The notes under the pieces were generated by a model. That model made no database searches. It was not told the DNA's origin and saw nothing but the letters and a program-made list of their open reading frames with translations. DNA of 48,438 nucleotides from an uncultured bacterium (GTDB lineage: Bacteria > Patescibacteriota > Minisyncoccia > Phycocordibacterales > PALSA-1337), in NCBI GenBank assembly GCA_903864905.1, contig CAIPHR010000073.1:1-48438 (forward strand), in the 5' to 3' direction. The position numbers were made by a program, and so were the translations under genes. This document shows positions 38,016 to 47,100 of the stretch, in pieces; position 1 is the first letter of the stretch, and each line of letters opens with the position of its first letter.

Positions 38016-39761
38016 ATGGATACACGGACATGGTCTATTCCAACTTCTCCTCGATCACCAATAAAATTGGTCAGTCATATCTCGTTGCTGAAAAAGTTTG
38101 AAGGAAGAAAGTGGAATACGGACACTCAAAAAGAATACGCAAGTAAATTAGTAAAGACTGAAGGTTTTGAAGGTGAAGGATATTCTGCTGAAATGGCTTT
38201 TTCTGCCAGAGATATTGTTAATAGAGCGCCTAAAACATTTGGTTTCGTGAGAGCTGATAGTAAGACACCTATCATAATAACTTCAGCTGGTAAGAGGTTA
38301 ATTGAAGGTAAACAGTTAGATGACCTATTTTTAAGGCAACTTTTGAAGTGGCAATATCCGTCTGCCAAACACAGCGAACAAATTTATAAGGAACGGTTTC
38401 TTATAAAACCATTTCTAGAAACACTTCGCCTTATTCGGGAGCTAGACGGACTGAGTAAATTGGAGATTGCGATATTTGCTGTTCCATTCATCAAATACTA
38501 TGAGTATGAAATAATAAAAAAGGAGGTAATCAATTATCGTAGAGAATTGAGTCTATTGAAAGGTGTAGAAAGAAAAAAGTTTCAGACCCAGTATCATCTA
38601 AATAAAATGAAGAAGATCTATGCCGAGGAAATATCATCCGGACATTTACATCTAAGAGAAGCTGGAGGTGTAGAAGCAGATATACTCGATTATCTTAAAA
38701 CAAAAAGAAGAAATACAATTGATTACGCTGATGCAGCGATTAGGTATTTCAGAATGACGAACTTGTTCGTGATTTCATCGCATGTCTACAAACTTGGGAT
38801 TTCTGAGGATAAAGTAAAAATTGTTGATGATATTTTAAATACGATTCCTCGCGAGCCTATGTCATTTGATGATGAGGAAAAGTTTTTTGAGTATCTTGAA
38901 GATCCGAATACGCCTAAGTTGCTTACAGACAATCCTGGTGGACTAAAAACCCAGATTCATGAGATGGTACAAATCCTGAAAGGACTGAATGATAAATCTG
39001 CTTTAGATATATCTAGTAAACTTGAAAAAGAGAATGATACTGCAGGGCTCAAGATGATACTGGCTGATGCCGAAAGGATCATTCTGAAGATAAAACAGAA
39101 ACGGCAGATTGATATTTTACAGAGTTACTCGGAATATGATGATATTCAGTCTGTGTTTGATCAGTTAATTGCTCGAGATAGTGATATTCCAGATAAGCCA
39201 TTATTTTTCGAGTGGAATACGTGGCGAGCGCTAAGTATGCTGGATGATGGAGAAATTGTAGGTAATCTTGAGCAAGATATTGAGGGTATGCCGGTTAGAT
39301 TGGCACTTGGTGGCTTTCCTGACATCGTATGTTATTACAAGGATTTTGTTCTTGTTGTGGAAGTGACTTTAACATCCGGTCGTAGACAATATGAGGCTGA
39401 ACAGGAACCGGTATCGAGACATGTCGGAGACGTTATTAAACAACTTAAAGAAAAAGGTGATATGAGAAATGTCTTTGGGCTATTTTTAGCTCCTGTTATT
39501 AATGAAGCTAGTATAGCGCATTTCTATACCACAAGAAGAATTGAAGTCAGTTATTATGGTGGAAAAGTTAAAGTTATACCGCTGTCTATTGTTGAATTCC
39601 GACAAATGTTAGAAAAGGCAAAACAGGCTGGAGGCGTTAAGTCTGGGCACATACAGAGATTCATTGAAAACGCCGATGAATATGCTGATAATTCTGGTAA
39701 TGAGCAGGAGTGGTTTAAATATATAAAAGATCTCTCAAAAGATTGGGTTGACGCTAAATAG
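38016..39761 (+). CDS. AlwI/BstNBI-family Type IIS restriction or nicking endonuclease
   Basis: N-terminal SPRSP.K, FSARD....KTFGF; C-terminal FEW, PD...VEVTL.SGRRQ...E.EPV.RH. Confidence 0.85.
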   Translation: MDTRTWSIPTSPRSPIKLVSHISLLKKFEGRKWNTDTQKEYASKLVKTEGFEGEGYSAEMAFSARDIVNRAPKTFGFVRADSKTPIIITSAGKRLIEGKQLDDLFLRQLLKWQYPSAKHSEQIYKERFLIKPFLETLRLIRELDGLSKLEIAIFAVPFIKYYEYEIIKKEVINYRRELSLLKGVERKKFQTQYHLNKMKKIYAEEISSGHLHLREAGGVEADILDYLKTKRRNTIDYADAAIRYFRMTNLFVISSHVYKLGISEDKVKIVDDILNTIPREPMSFDDEEKFFEYLEDPNTPKLLTDNPGGLKTQIHEMVQILKGLNDKSALDISSKLEKENDTAGLKMILADAERIILKIKQKRQIDILQSYSEYDDIQSVFDQLIARDSDIPDKPLFFEWNTWRALSMLDDGEIVGNLEQDIEGMPVRLALGGFPDIVCYYKDFVLVVEVTLTSGRRQYEAEQEPVSRHVGDVIKQLKEKGDMRNVFGLFLAPVINEASIAHFYTTRRIEVSYYGGKVKVIPLSIVEFRQMLEKAKQAGGVKSGHIQRFIENADEYADNSGNEQEWFKYIKDLSKDWVDAK

Positions 39762-39862
39762 TATGGTTACGGATGAGCTAACGACCCTCATTGCGACCCT
39801 CACCTCTTTTCCTTCAGTAAGAACAATCAACATTGGTATAGCCGTACCTAACAAGTCGGCTT

Positions 39863-40261
39863 TTATTGACTCCTAAAAGGTTTTATCCACCCAAGATCTT
39901 TCCACAATCTCAATTCATCAGAATATGGTAGACCAGCCTCCGGAATAGTATTTAGATAACAAACCTCGATTTTTTTATTGACGGCTCTGTTCAATCCTAT
40001 AGCAAACGCCATTTCCGCAAATACTCCAGCACCTATATAACCAGGTATGCCTTTCTTGTCCAAATTGAGTGCCAGTAATATATCTGTTTTAGTAATGGCA
40101 TCATAATGTTGAGAAAATTCCTTTTCATATCCACGACTTAGGTCACCTAGTATTTTTGTAGGATACTTGATGACATCAAAACCTTTTTTCTCTAGTCTGT
40201 CTTTCCAATCCAATATTTCTGCTTCAAATGATGCGCTGGCGCAGATAACTATTTTTTTCAT
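39863..40261 (-). CDS. Hypothetical protein, nucleoside deoxyribosyltransferase-like fold
   Basis: KIVICAS..F, DILLALNLDK.GI.GYIG.GVFAEMAFA. Confidence 0.65.
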   Translation of the reverse strand: MKKIVICASASFEAEILDWKDRLEKKGFDVIKYPTKILGDLSRGYEKEFSQHYDAITKTDILLALNLDKKGIPGYIGAGVFAEMAFAIGLNRAVNKKIEVCYLNTIPEAGLPYSDELRLWKDLGWIKPFRSQ

Positions 40262-40314
40262 AAGCAGTATGTTATTGATAATAGAATTTACTTTAATTAT
40301 ATATCATAAGATAA

Positions 40315-41139
40315 TTATAAAAAAGATACCCGTGGCATCCCCACCTTCACCCTCGCGCCCATTTCTTCACCATCTGACTCGATCTCTAGTGTCCCATGAT
40401 GCGCACGGACGACAGCGCGTGCTACAGATAGTCCGATACCCATACCGATGGGGTTAGCAGACTGCGCGCGTTTACTGCGGTAGAAGTGTCTGGTGAATAG
40501 TTTTTCCCGATCTTCGGCGATGAGGCCGATACCTGTGTTTTCGACCATCATCTCGAATGTGCGGCCGGAAGTGCCATCAACCACTCGCGTCTTGATCTCT
40601 ATCGTCCCCCCATCCACATTGTATTTAACCGCGTTCTCTAGAATGATGAGTAGAACCTCACGCATCTTGCCCGCGTCGATCTCGAGGTCAGGCCAGCTAG
40701 CACCGTCATGCGGGTACACAACTTTGAGATGCATTTTTTCAATATCTATCTTCAATTCATGGAGCACATCCTCGACCAATGGCAGGAGATTACCAGTCTC
40801 GATGTTCAAGATCTGCGAGCCGACCTTGAGCGCGGTGATGTTCAAGAAGTCATCGACGATGCGCGTTAGTCTCTCTACGGCGGTATTGGTATCCGTGAGC
40901 GCCTGGATTTGTTTGGGGTTGAATGTCCCGTATGTTCCACCCAGCATCGCTTCTAACTGCCAACGGATGCTAGTTACTGGCGTACGCAAGTGGTGCTGAG
41001 TGATCATGATGAATTGATCCTTGGTCTCATTTAGCTTCTCCAATTCCCGGCGGGCGTGCTTCTCGAGCCCGTATGCTTTGCGGACTTCGGCGGTCTGTTC
41101 TGCCACTTTTTCGGAGAGGGTGGAGTTGACACGATGCAC
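40315..41139 (-). pseudogene. Sensor-less duplicate of the histidine kinase DHp/HATPase region
   Basis: Near-identical protein to the C-terminal half of 44431-46122; homology stops at ~41129; reading frame intact. Confidence 0.75.
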
Positions 41140-41239
41140 ATAAACATTGTAGTCTCATAATTAGATTTAACGGTTGAAACCGCTTGTGCGGAATTGATCA
41201 ATTCACTAACAGTTCACTGACAATCAGTAATACGAAAGA

Positions 41240-43456
41240 ATGATTATGATAAAAGAAGATTACCGCCCTCTGGCTGTATTGTACGGCTATCGGAGTAAGA
41301 AAAACACGCTTAGTTTTGTGGGTCGTAAAGGGCTAATAACGCTAAGTGGTAAAAGCGCTACTATCCAAAAGATTTTGCGCCTATGCAACGGATTCAACAG
41401 TTTAGCGGATATAACTCGCAAACTACGGATGGTCAGTCCGGAAGAAGTGAGCGAATTCCTGTCTCTTTTTGAACAACAAGGGATTGTTTGCGATAGTCGG
41501 GATCTTCATCTAAAGTTCCACGAAGATTCGGCCAATCCGGCGAAATTTTCGCGAGACCTAGGTGTCGACGGTGTTTCGGATATGCTCCAATCTGAACGGC
41601 TACGGAAGCGTGAGGGTCAGACAATTGAAATGCCTAGCCCAATTGAGAGTAGTGTTCTGGATACAATTCAGGATCGCAAGTCCACACGAGCTTTTCAATC
41701 CGGGCAGATTCCAATAGCACAACTATCTGGAATGCTTGAGGCCACATACAGTATCGGGAAAAATAAACACTGGAGCGTGGCATCCGGTGGCGGAATGTAT
41801 CCGCTTGATCTGTACATGATCATTCCAGACGACAAACAACAGGTGCCTATGGGCATACATCGATGGAATCCCGAAGAAAGAAGTTTGATCACGATATCGG
41901 GTAATAATCCAAGCGTATGGTTGTCCAAAATCTTCAACGCTAAAACACTTTTGGAAAATGTGGCATGTATCCTATGCATTGCGGCAAATTTCAAACGTTC
42001 AACGATGAAGTACGCGAACCTTGGATATCGCTTGACCTTGCTTGAGGCTGGACACGCCGCACAAAACACTTACTTATTTTGCGCTGAGCAGGGTATTGGA
42101 ATTGTCGAGTGCTGTGGGTTTGCTGACGAAGCGTTGGCGGACAAACTTGGACTATCATTTCCAGATGAGGCAGTTTTAGCAACACTCATTATGGGAAAGA
42201 TCAGTACCGATGTGCAGACCTCAATACCTGATCAGGAGATTTCGGAAAAAGCAGAGCGGTTACGCCACATCCTTGTTGGAGACAGTAAACCAATAAAGGA
42301 CGTGTTGTTTCTGGATCTTAAAGTCGATGGATACGCTATGCCGATGTGGTCGGCTGTGGCCACATATCGTCCTGTTCCTGGTTGTCTCACGGCGTCGATG
42401 AAAAGGAAAAGTGTTGGGTTCGCGACTGGTTCTACTTCTAGCGAGGCACTTCTCAAAGTCCTGGCGGAGGGTTTCGAGCGGTATGCACTTGAGCAGAATC
42501 GTAGTGATCGAAAGGAAAGTGCTATCAATCTTACCGAACCATTTCTCGATCCTCGCATTTTAGTACCTTACTCGGCAGCTCAGTTCAAAAACCTGAGAGG
42601 TATTTCACGGTTTGATTATCGACGGGAAATAGACTGGGTAATTGGTTCACGTCGAGCGACTGGTGAGCGAGTCTGGGTTCCTATGGAGCTTGCGTACTAC
42701 GCTACAGAGAAAATGAAGCATGAGCTTAAGTTGTGCTATCAGGCGAGTTCAAGCGGTGTGGCGGCGCACTTCGACAAGGAGGTAGCGATTGACACAGCGC
42801 TTTATGAACTGATCGAACGGGACGCCTTCAGTGTTACATGGTATTCCAAACGTCGAGTTAATTCGATCAATCACGAGTGTTTACCAGTGAACTTGAGAGA
42901 TAGGATTTCTGAGTGGAAGCGGTTGGGTTACAACGTTTCCATACTGGATCTGACACTCGATGGTCCTCCTGTAGCACTGGCTATCATTTGGTCTCGAGAA
43001 AAGAAACCAGCAATCTGTTCTGGTGCGGCCTGCAGACCGAGTTTTGTTGATGCGACTCTGAGGGCATTCAATGAGGCTGAGTTTATGGCTATGACGTGGC
43101 ATGACCACAGATCAAAATCGAAGATGGAAATGTGCGAGATTGATAGTACGGAAAGTCACGGGATCTTCTATCTCAATCCGGGAAATATTGCATATGCCGA
43201 CTGGTTACTTGAAGCAGAAGAAAGTGATGTAATCAGGGAAGACTTCGAGGGTAATCTACAGTATCTTGATCCTGTTGTGGTGGACATTACACCCAAGAAT
43301 CATGCCTGTGGCTTGTCGGTTATGCGGGCGCTGTCGGAAAAGCTCATGCCTATCAACTTCGGTTACGGAAACGAACACCGTGGACATTCCAGGATGGACA
43401 TGTTATCGTTTAAGTGGAGTGAGAAATACCCTTCGACTCCACACTTCTTCGCTTGA
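41240..43456 (+). CDS. Fused RRE-like / SagB-type FMN dehydrogenase / YcaO cyclodehydratase
   Basis: ILRLCNG..SLADI (PqqD/RRE-like); RKSTRAF, ASGGGMYPL, LEAGHAAQN (SagB nitroreductase); AEGFERY, SSGVAAH, ELIERDA and C-terminal PSTPHFFA (YcaO). Confidence 0.9.
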   Translation: MIMIKEDYRPLAVLYGYRSKKNTLSFVGRKGLITLSGKSATIQKILRLCNGFNSLADITRKLRMVSPEEVSEFLSLFEQQGIVCDSRDLHLKFHEDSANPAKFSRDLGVDGVSDMLQSERLRKREGQTIEMPSPIESSVLDTIQDRKSTRAFQSGQIPIAQLSGMLEATYSIGKNKHWSVASGGGMYPLDLYMIIPDDKQQVPMGIHRWNPEERSLITISGNNPSVWLSKIFNAKTLLENVACILCIAANFKRSTMKYANLGYRLTLLEAGHAAQNTYLFCAEQGIGIVECCGFADEALADKLGLSFPDEAVLATLIMGKISTDVQTSIPDQEISEKAERLRHILVGDSKPIKDVLFLDLKVDGYAMPMWSAVATYRPVPGCLTASMKRKSVGFATGSTSSEALLKVLAEGFERYALEQNRSDRKESAINLTEPFLDPRILVPYSAAQFKNLRGISRFDYRREIDWVIGSRRATGERVWVPMELAYYATEKMKHELKLCYQASSSGVAAHFDKEVAIDTALYELIERDAFSVTWYSKRRVNSINHECLPVNLRDRISEWKRLGYNVSILDLTLDGPPVALAIIWSREKKPAICSGAACRPSFVDATLRAFNEAEFMAMTWHDHRSKSKMEMCEIDSTESHGIFYLNPGNIAYADWLLEAEESDVIREDFEGNLQYLDPVVVDITPKNHACGLSVMRALSEKLMPINFGYGNEHRGHSRMDMLSFKWSEKYPSTPHFFA

Positions 43457-43494
43457 AGAGGTAACAAACTGAAGGGAAGTTAGTACATACGTAT

Positions 43495-43629
43495 ATGAAA
43501 ACTAGAAAAATGCCGAAAGCTCCTAAGGGAGTCAAGGTGTCAGTTCGTTCCTACAGGAATGGCCCCGATCCTCGATGCAACCGAAGTGGTGGTGCATGTA
43601 GCGGTGGTGGTTCCTGCGGGCGACGTTAA
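43495..43629 (+). CDS. Putative RiPP precursor, 44 aa: MKTRKMPKAPKGVKVSVRSYRNGPDPRCNRSGGACSGGGSCGRR
   Basis: Translated by hand; 38 nt downstream of the YcaO fusion on the same strand; Gly/Ser/Cys-rich C-terminus; followed by a terminator. Confidence 0.8.
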   Translation: MKTRKMPKAPKGVKVSVRSYRNGPDPRCNRSGGACSGGGSCGRR

Positions 43630-43654
43630 GCCGCATTTTTGCTGCGGCGAGCAC

Positions 43655-43695
43655 AATTCTCTCTGGTGTCGTAAGATGCCAAAGAGAATTTTTTT
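43655..43695 (+). terminator. Intrinsic terminator closing the YcaO-precursor unit
   Basis: AATTCTCTCTGGTGTC-GTAA-GATGCCAAAGAGAATT hairpin followed by a T run. Confidence 0.75.
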
Positions 43696-43724
43696 ATTCC
43701 GACAAATTAATGTATAATACTGAT

Positions 43725-44384
43725 ATGTCTATTAACGTCAATGTTCTATCCGCTTCGAATGACACAAAACCTTATTCAGAGGAGTTAAGGTCAATTGCTG
43801 CAGATACTATTGCTTCGGTTGAAAAATTGTTACCCATAAAAGACGTGGACATAGTTATCTATGATAATCCAAGAGCGACTATCGATGAGATAGGCGGTAT
43901 TGGAGGTTTTACACCGAATGCAAATGTGATTTTTATCTCATTAAATCCTAGACATCCTGATTTTGAAAAAGTTGTTAAAGAAGAGCTCGTATTTACTCTA
44001 GCTCATGAATTACATCACACTATCCGTTGGCAGAAACAGGTTGAGGGTGATACTTTACTTGAGGCAATGGTCTTCGAAGGTCTTGCAGATCATTTCGCCA
44101 TTGAAGCGACTGGTAGAGGTAAGGCATCGCCGTGGTCATATGCATTAACTCCGGAACAGAAGAAAGTTCTTCTGAAGAAGGCTTCCGAAGAATGGAAACA
44201 GCCTACATACGATAACAATCTTTGGTTTTTTGGTTCAAAGCCAGATATCATTCCGCGCTGGACTGGTTATACGTTGGGATACGACCTCGTTGCCTCGTAT
44301 TTACAGAAACATCCGGAAACTAGCGCTTCGAAACTCGCTTCTGCTGACGCATCTGAGTTTGCAAACGATGGTATATACCTGTGA
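43725..44384 (+). CDS. DUF2268-like Zn-dependent protease
   Basis: LAHELHH...TLLEAMVFEGLADHF...PRWTGYTLGY; ATG 43725 lies 6 nt after TATAAT. Confidence 0.85.
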   Translation: MSINVNVLSASNDTKPYSEELRSIAADTIASVEKLLPIKDVDIVIYDNPRATIDEIGGIGGFTPNANVIFISLNPRHPDFEKVVKEELVFTLAHELHHTIRWQKQVEGDTLLEAMVFEGLADHFAIEATGRGKASPWSYALTPEQKKVLLKKASEEWKQPTYDNNLWFFGSKPDIIPRWTGYTLGYDLVASYLQKHPETSASKLASADASEFANDGIYL

Positions 44385-44430
44385 TTGCCTCAATCAAATA
44401 AAGACTGTTTGAATGATATTAAGCGAATAA

Positions 44431-46122
44431 TCAAAAGTTCGGTAATCTAATCATTACCCTCGCGCCCATCCCTTCACCATCCGACTCGATTTCCAATGTC
44501 CCATGATGCGCTCGGACAACCGCACGGGCCACTGACAGTCCGATACCCATACCGATCGGGTTGGCTTTTTGTGCACGCTGACTCCTGTAGAAATGTCTGC
44601 TGAATAACTTTTCTTTGTCTTCGACCACAAGACCCATGCCACTGTTTTCGATCGTCATTTCGAATATGTGGTGAGAAGAGCCAGCAACATTATCTGCACC
44701 ATCAACCAAGCGATTCTTGATCTCTATCGTCCCCCCATCCACATTGTATTTAACCGCATTCTCTAGAATGATGAGTAGAACCTCACGCATTTTACTTGCG
44801 TCAATCTGTAAGTCGGGCCAACTGGCAGTGTCGTGCGGGTATACAACCTTGAGGTGCATATTCTCGATATCGATCTTGAGTTCATGGAGCACATCCTCGA
44901 TCAATGGCAGGAGATTACCAGTCTCGATATTCAAGATCTGTGAGCCGACTTTGAGCGCGGTGATGTTCAAGAAGTCATCGACGATGCGAGTCAGTCTGCC
45001 TACGGCGGTATTGGTATCCTGTAGCGCCGCTCTCTGTTCAAGGCTAAATGATCCATAGGTACCACCGAGCAGGGCTTCTAATTCCCAACGGATGCTGGTA
45101 ACAGGTGTACGCAAATGGTGCTGAGTGATCATGATGAATTGGTCTTTGGTCTCATTTAGCTTCTCCAATTCCCGGCGAGCATGCTTCTCGAGCTCGTATG
45201 CCTTGCGGACTTCCGCGGTCTGCTCCGCGACTTTTTCGGAGAGAGTGGAATTGAGGGTGGTGAGGAGTTCGCGTTGTTTGGCTTCACGTAGAACCAATCG
45301 GATCAAGTAGATCGCCAATAGCAGGAATATTGAAAACGTCACGACATCAACCCATAAACCCCAGGATAGATTTACGAAGATGTTAATAAAGAAAATCACA
45401 GTCATGCCGATGGCTAGCACTTCAGCGACGACTGCACGAACGTTCATTTGGCGGTATTTAATGATGGAATATGCAATGATAAATATCCAGATTGAACTGC
45501 AGATCGGACCAAGCCAGTTTAGAGAGTAATATTCTATAGAAGGAAGAATAATGTTGCACACTGTTGGGGGAATTATTCCGAGGAATAGTGCCCAGAACAT
45601 CGTCTTGAGATTGGCACGTTGGTTACCCGAAGATTTTTTGTAGGTAAAGAATAGATTTTTTAATGCAATAATCCATAATCCACAAAATGATATTTCAAAC
45701 AACCAGTGCCACGGTCCAAATGTCCAACCCCATGCGCCGATGCCACCAATATAGTTGGATCCTACCAGTAGTAAGTTTGTTGCAAAATATAGATAACCGA
45801 ATATTACTATTGCAAGGGTGGAAACATAAATCGATGTCCTTGGTGGTTTGTTATCATTTGGGTATATGACTGAGAAATGGTAGAAACCGATTGCTATGAC
45901 AATACCGAGCATGTATTGTATACGAATAAGATCATTCGATAGATCCTGCGATAATGTTGTAACGAAGAATGTCTGTGATGCGACCCAAAGACCTGTAAGA
46001 AAGCTAAAACCAGCAAAAACTGAAGATGAAAGATTTCGACTCCCAATCAGTATAACCGCATCAAGGCTGATGATTAGAATAGCAGTTACCAGGATCAATT
46101 CGGCATAAATACTTATTTCCAT
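44431..46122 (-). CDS. Multi-TM (HisKA_7TM-like) sensor histidine kinase
   Basis: Multi-TM N-terminus; QHHLRTP H-box; ENAVKY N-box; GMGIGL G2 box. Confidence 0.92.
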   Translation of the reverse strand: MEISIYAELILVTAILIISLDAVILIGSRNLSSSVFAGFSFLTGLWVASQTFFVTTLSQDLSNDLIRIQYMLGIVIAIGFYHFSVIYPNDNKPPRTSIYVSTLAIVIFGYLYFATNLLLVGSNYIGGIGAWGWTFGPWHWLFEISFCGLWIIALKNLFFTYKKSSGNQRANLKTMFWALFLGIIPPTVCNIILPSIEYYSLNWLGPICSSIWIFIIAYSIIKYRQMNVRAVVAEVLAIGMTVIFFINIFVNLSWGLWVDVVTFSIFLLLAIYLIRLVLREAKQRELLTTLNSTLSEKVAEQTAEVRKAYELEKHARRELEKLNETKDQFIMITQHHLRTPVTSIRWELEALLGGTYGSFSLEQRAALQDTNTAVGRLTRIVDDFLNITALKVGSQILNIETGNLLPLIEDVLHELKIDIENMHLKVVYPHDTASWPDLQIDASKMREVLLIILENAVKYNVDGGTIEIKNRLVDGADNVAGSSHHIFEMTIENSGMGLVVEDKEKLFSRHFYRSQRAQKANPIGMGIGLSVARAVVRAHHGTLEIESDGEGMGARVMIRLPNF

Positions 46123-46215
46123 ATGAAATAAATCATACCATATATATAATGATATATTGAGTATGGTATGGCTTCGTTGGATGGAATATATCTGACATTA
46201 TGCTAATATTACAGT

Positions 46216-47097
46216 ATGAATATTACCCTTGATCATGATCCGAAACTCAGATATGAGACAAATAGTATATCTAGGAAGCTATTTAATCTAGCATTTATTC
46301 CTTTATTGAATAGTTTGCCTTCTCAAGCTAAAAGGTTTGTCCGTGAGAGTCATAAATCAGTTAAAGAAGTAGTGGATAATGTGACTACACATACTGCCTT
46401 GGAGGTTTTGTATAGTAAAGGTTACAAACACAGCACAAACAGAATTATGCAAAAGTTGCCGCACTGGATTTGGTTTAACACAAATAATTCAAAGGCGGTA
46501 AGAAATCGAATTCTTCTGGTAAAAAGGGAACTCGTGTCTGTCTTAAAAAGATTTAACGAACGTGGTGAGAATGTGTTACTGTTGAGTATTGCTTCTGGAT
46601 CGGCACGTGCGGTAATTGAAGCAATTGAGGAGGTAAAGTTTGTATCCGGGGATAGATTATCAGTCACATTTCTTGACAAAAATCCAGATGCTCTCGAATA
46701 CAGTAGACAACTATTAAGTGACCGAGGCCTGTATGTTAAAGATCAATATTCGTGGGTCAATGCAACCGCCGGCTCCTTTGTGAGAGGTTGTCATAAAAAT
46801 CAGTATAATCTTATTGAGATGGTTGGGTTACTAGATTATTTTACTGATGAGTATGCAATAAATTTATTTAGTAGCATAAGAGAGATTTTAAGATCAGGTG
46901 GAGTTTTTATAACAGCCAATATAAATCACAATTCTGAACAACGTTTTTTGAAACGAGTCGTAGGTTGGACTATGATATATCGTTCTGCTGAGGAACTCGG
47001 TAAGCTTCTTTTGTTATCAGGTTTCATGGAAGATGAAATCAAATTATACTATGAACCATTAAAGGTTCATGCTATAGCAGTGGTCACTAAAAAATAG
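46216..47097 (+). CDS. Class I SAM-dependent methyltransferase
   Basis: LLSIASGSAR, FLDK, EMVGLLDYF, LRSGGVFITAN. Confidence 0.85.
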   Translation: MNITLDHDPKLRYETNSISRKLFNLAFIPLLNSLPSQAKRFVRESHKSVKEVVDNVTTHTALEVLYSKGYKHSTNRIMQKLPHWIWFNTNNSKAVRNRILLVKRELVSVLKRFNERGENVLLLSIASGSARAVIEAIEEVKFVSGDRLSVTFLDKNPDALEYSRQLLSDRGLYVKDQYSWVNATAGSFVRGCHKNQYNLIEMVGLLDYFTDEYAINLFSSIREILRSGGVFITANINHNSEQRFLKRVVGWTMIYRSAEELGKLLLLSGFMEDEIKLYYEPLKVHAIAVVTKK

Positions 47098-47100
47098 ATA

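Noticed and set aside
40315..45254. Kinase duplicate as a DGR template/variable repeat pair
   Set aside because: Differences are mostly synonymous and not adenine-specific; ~800 bp long; no reverse transcriptase in the window
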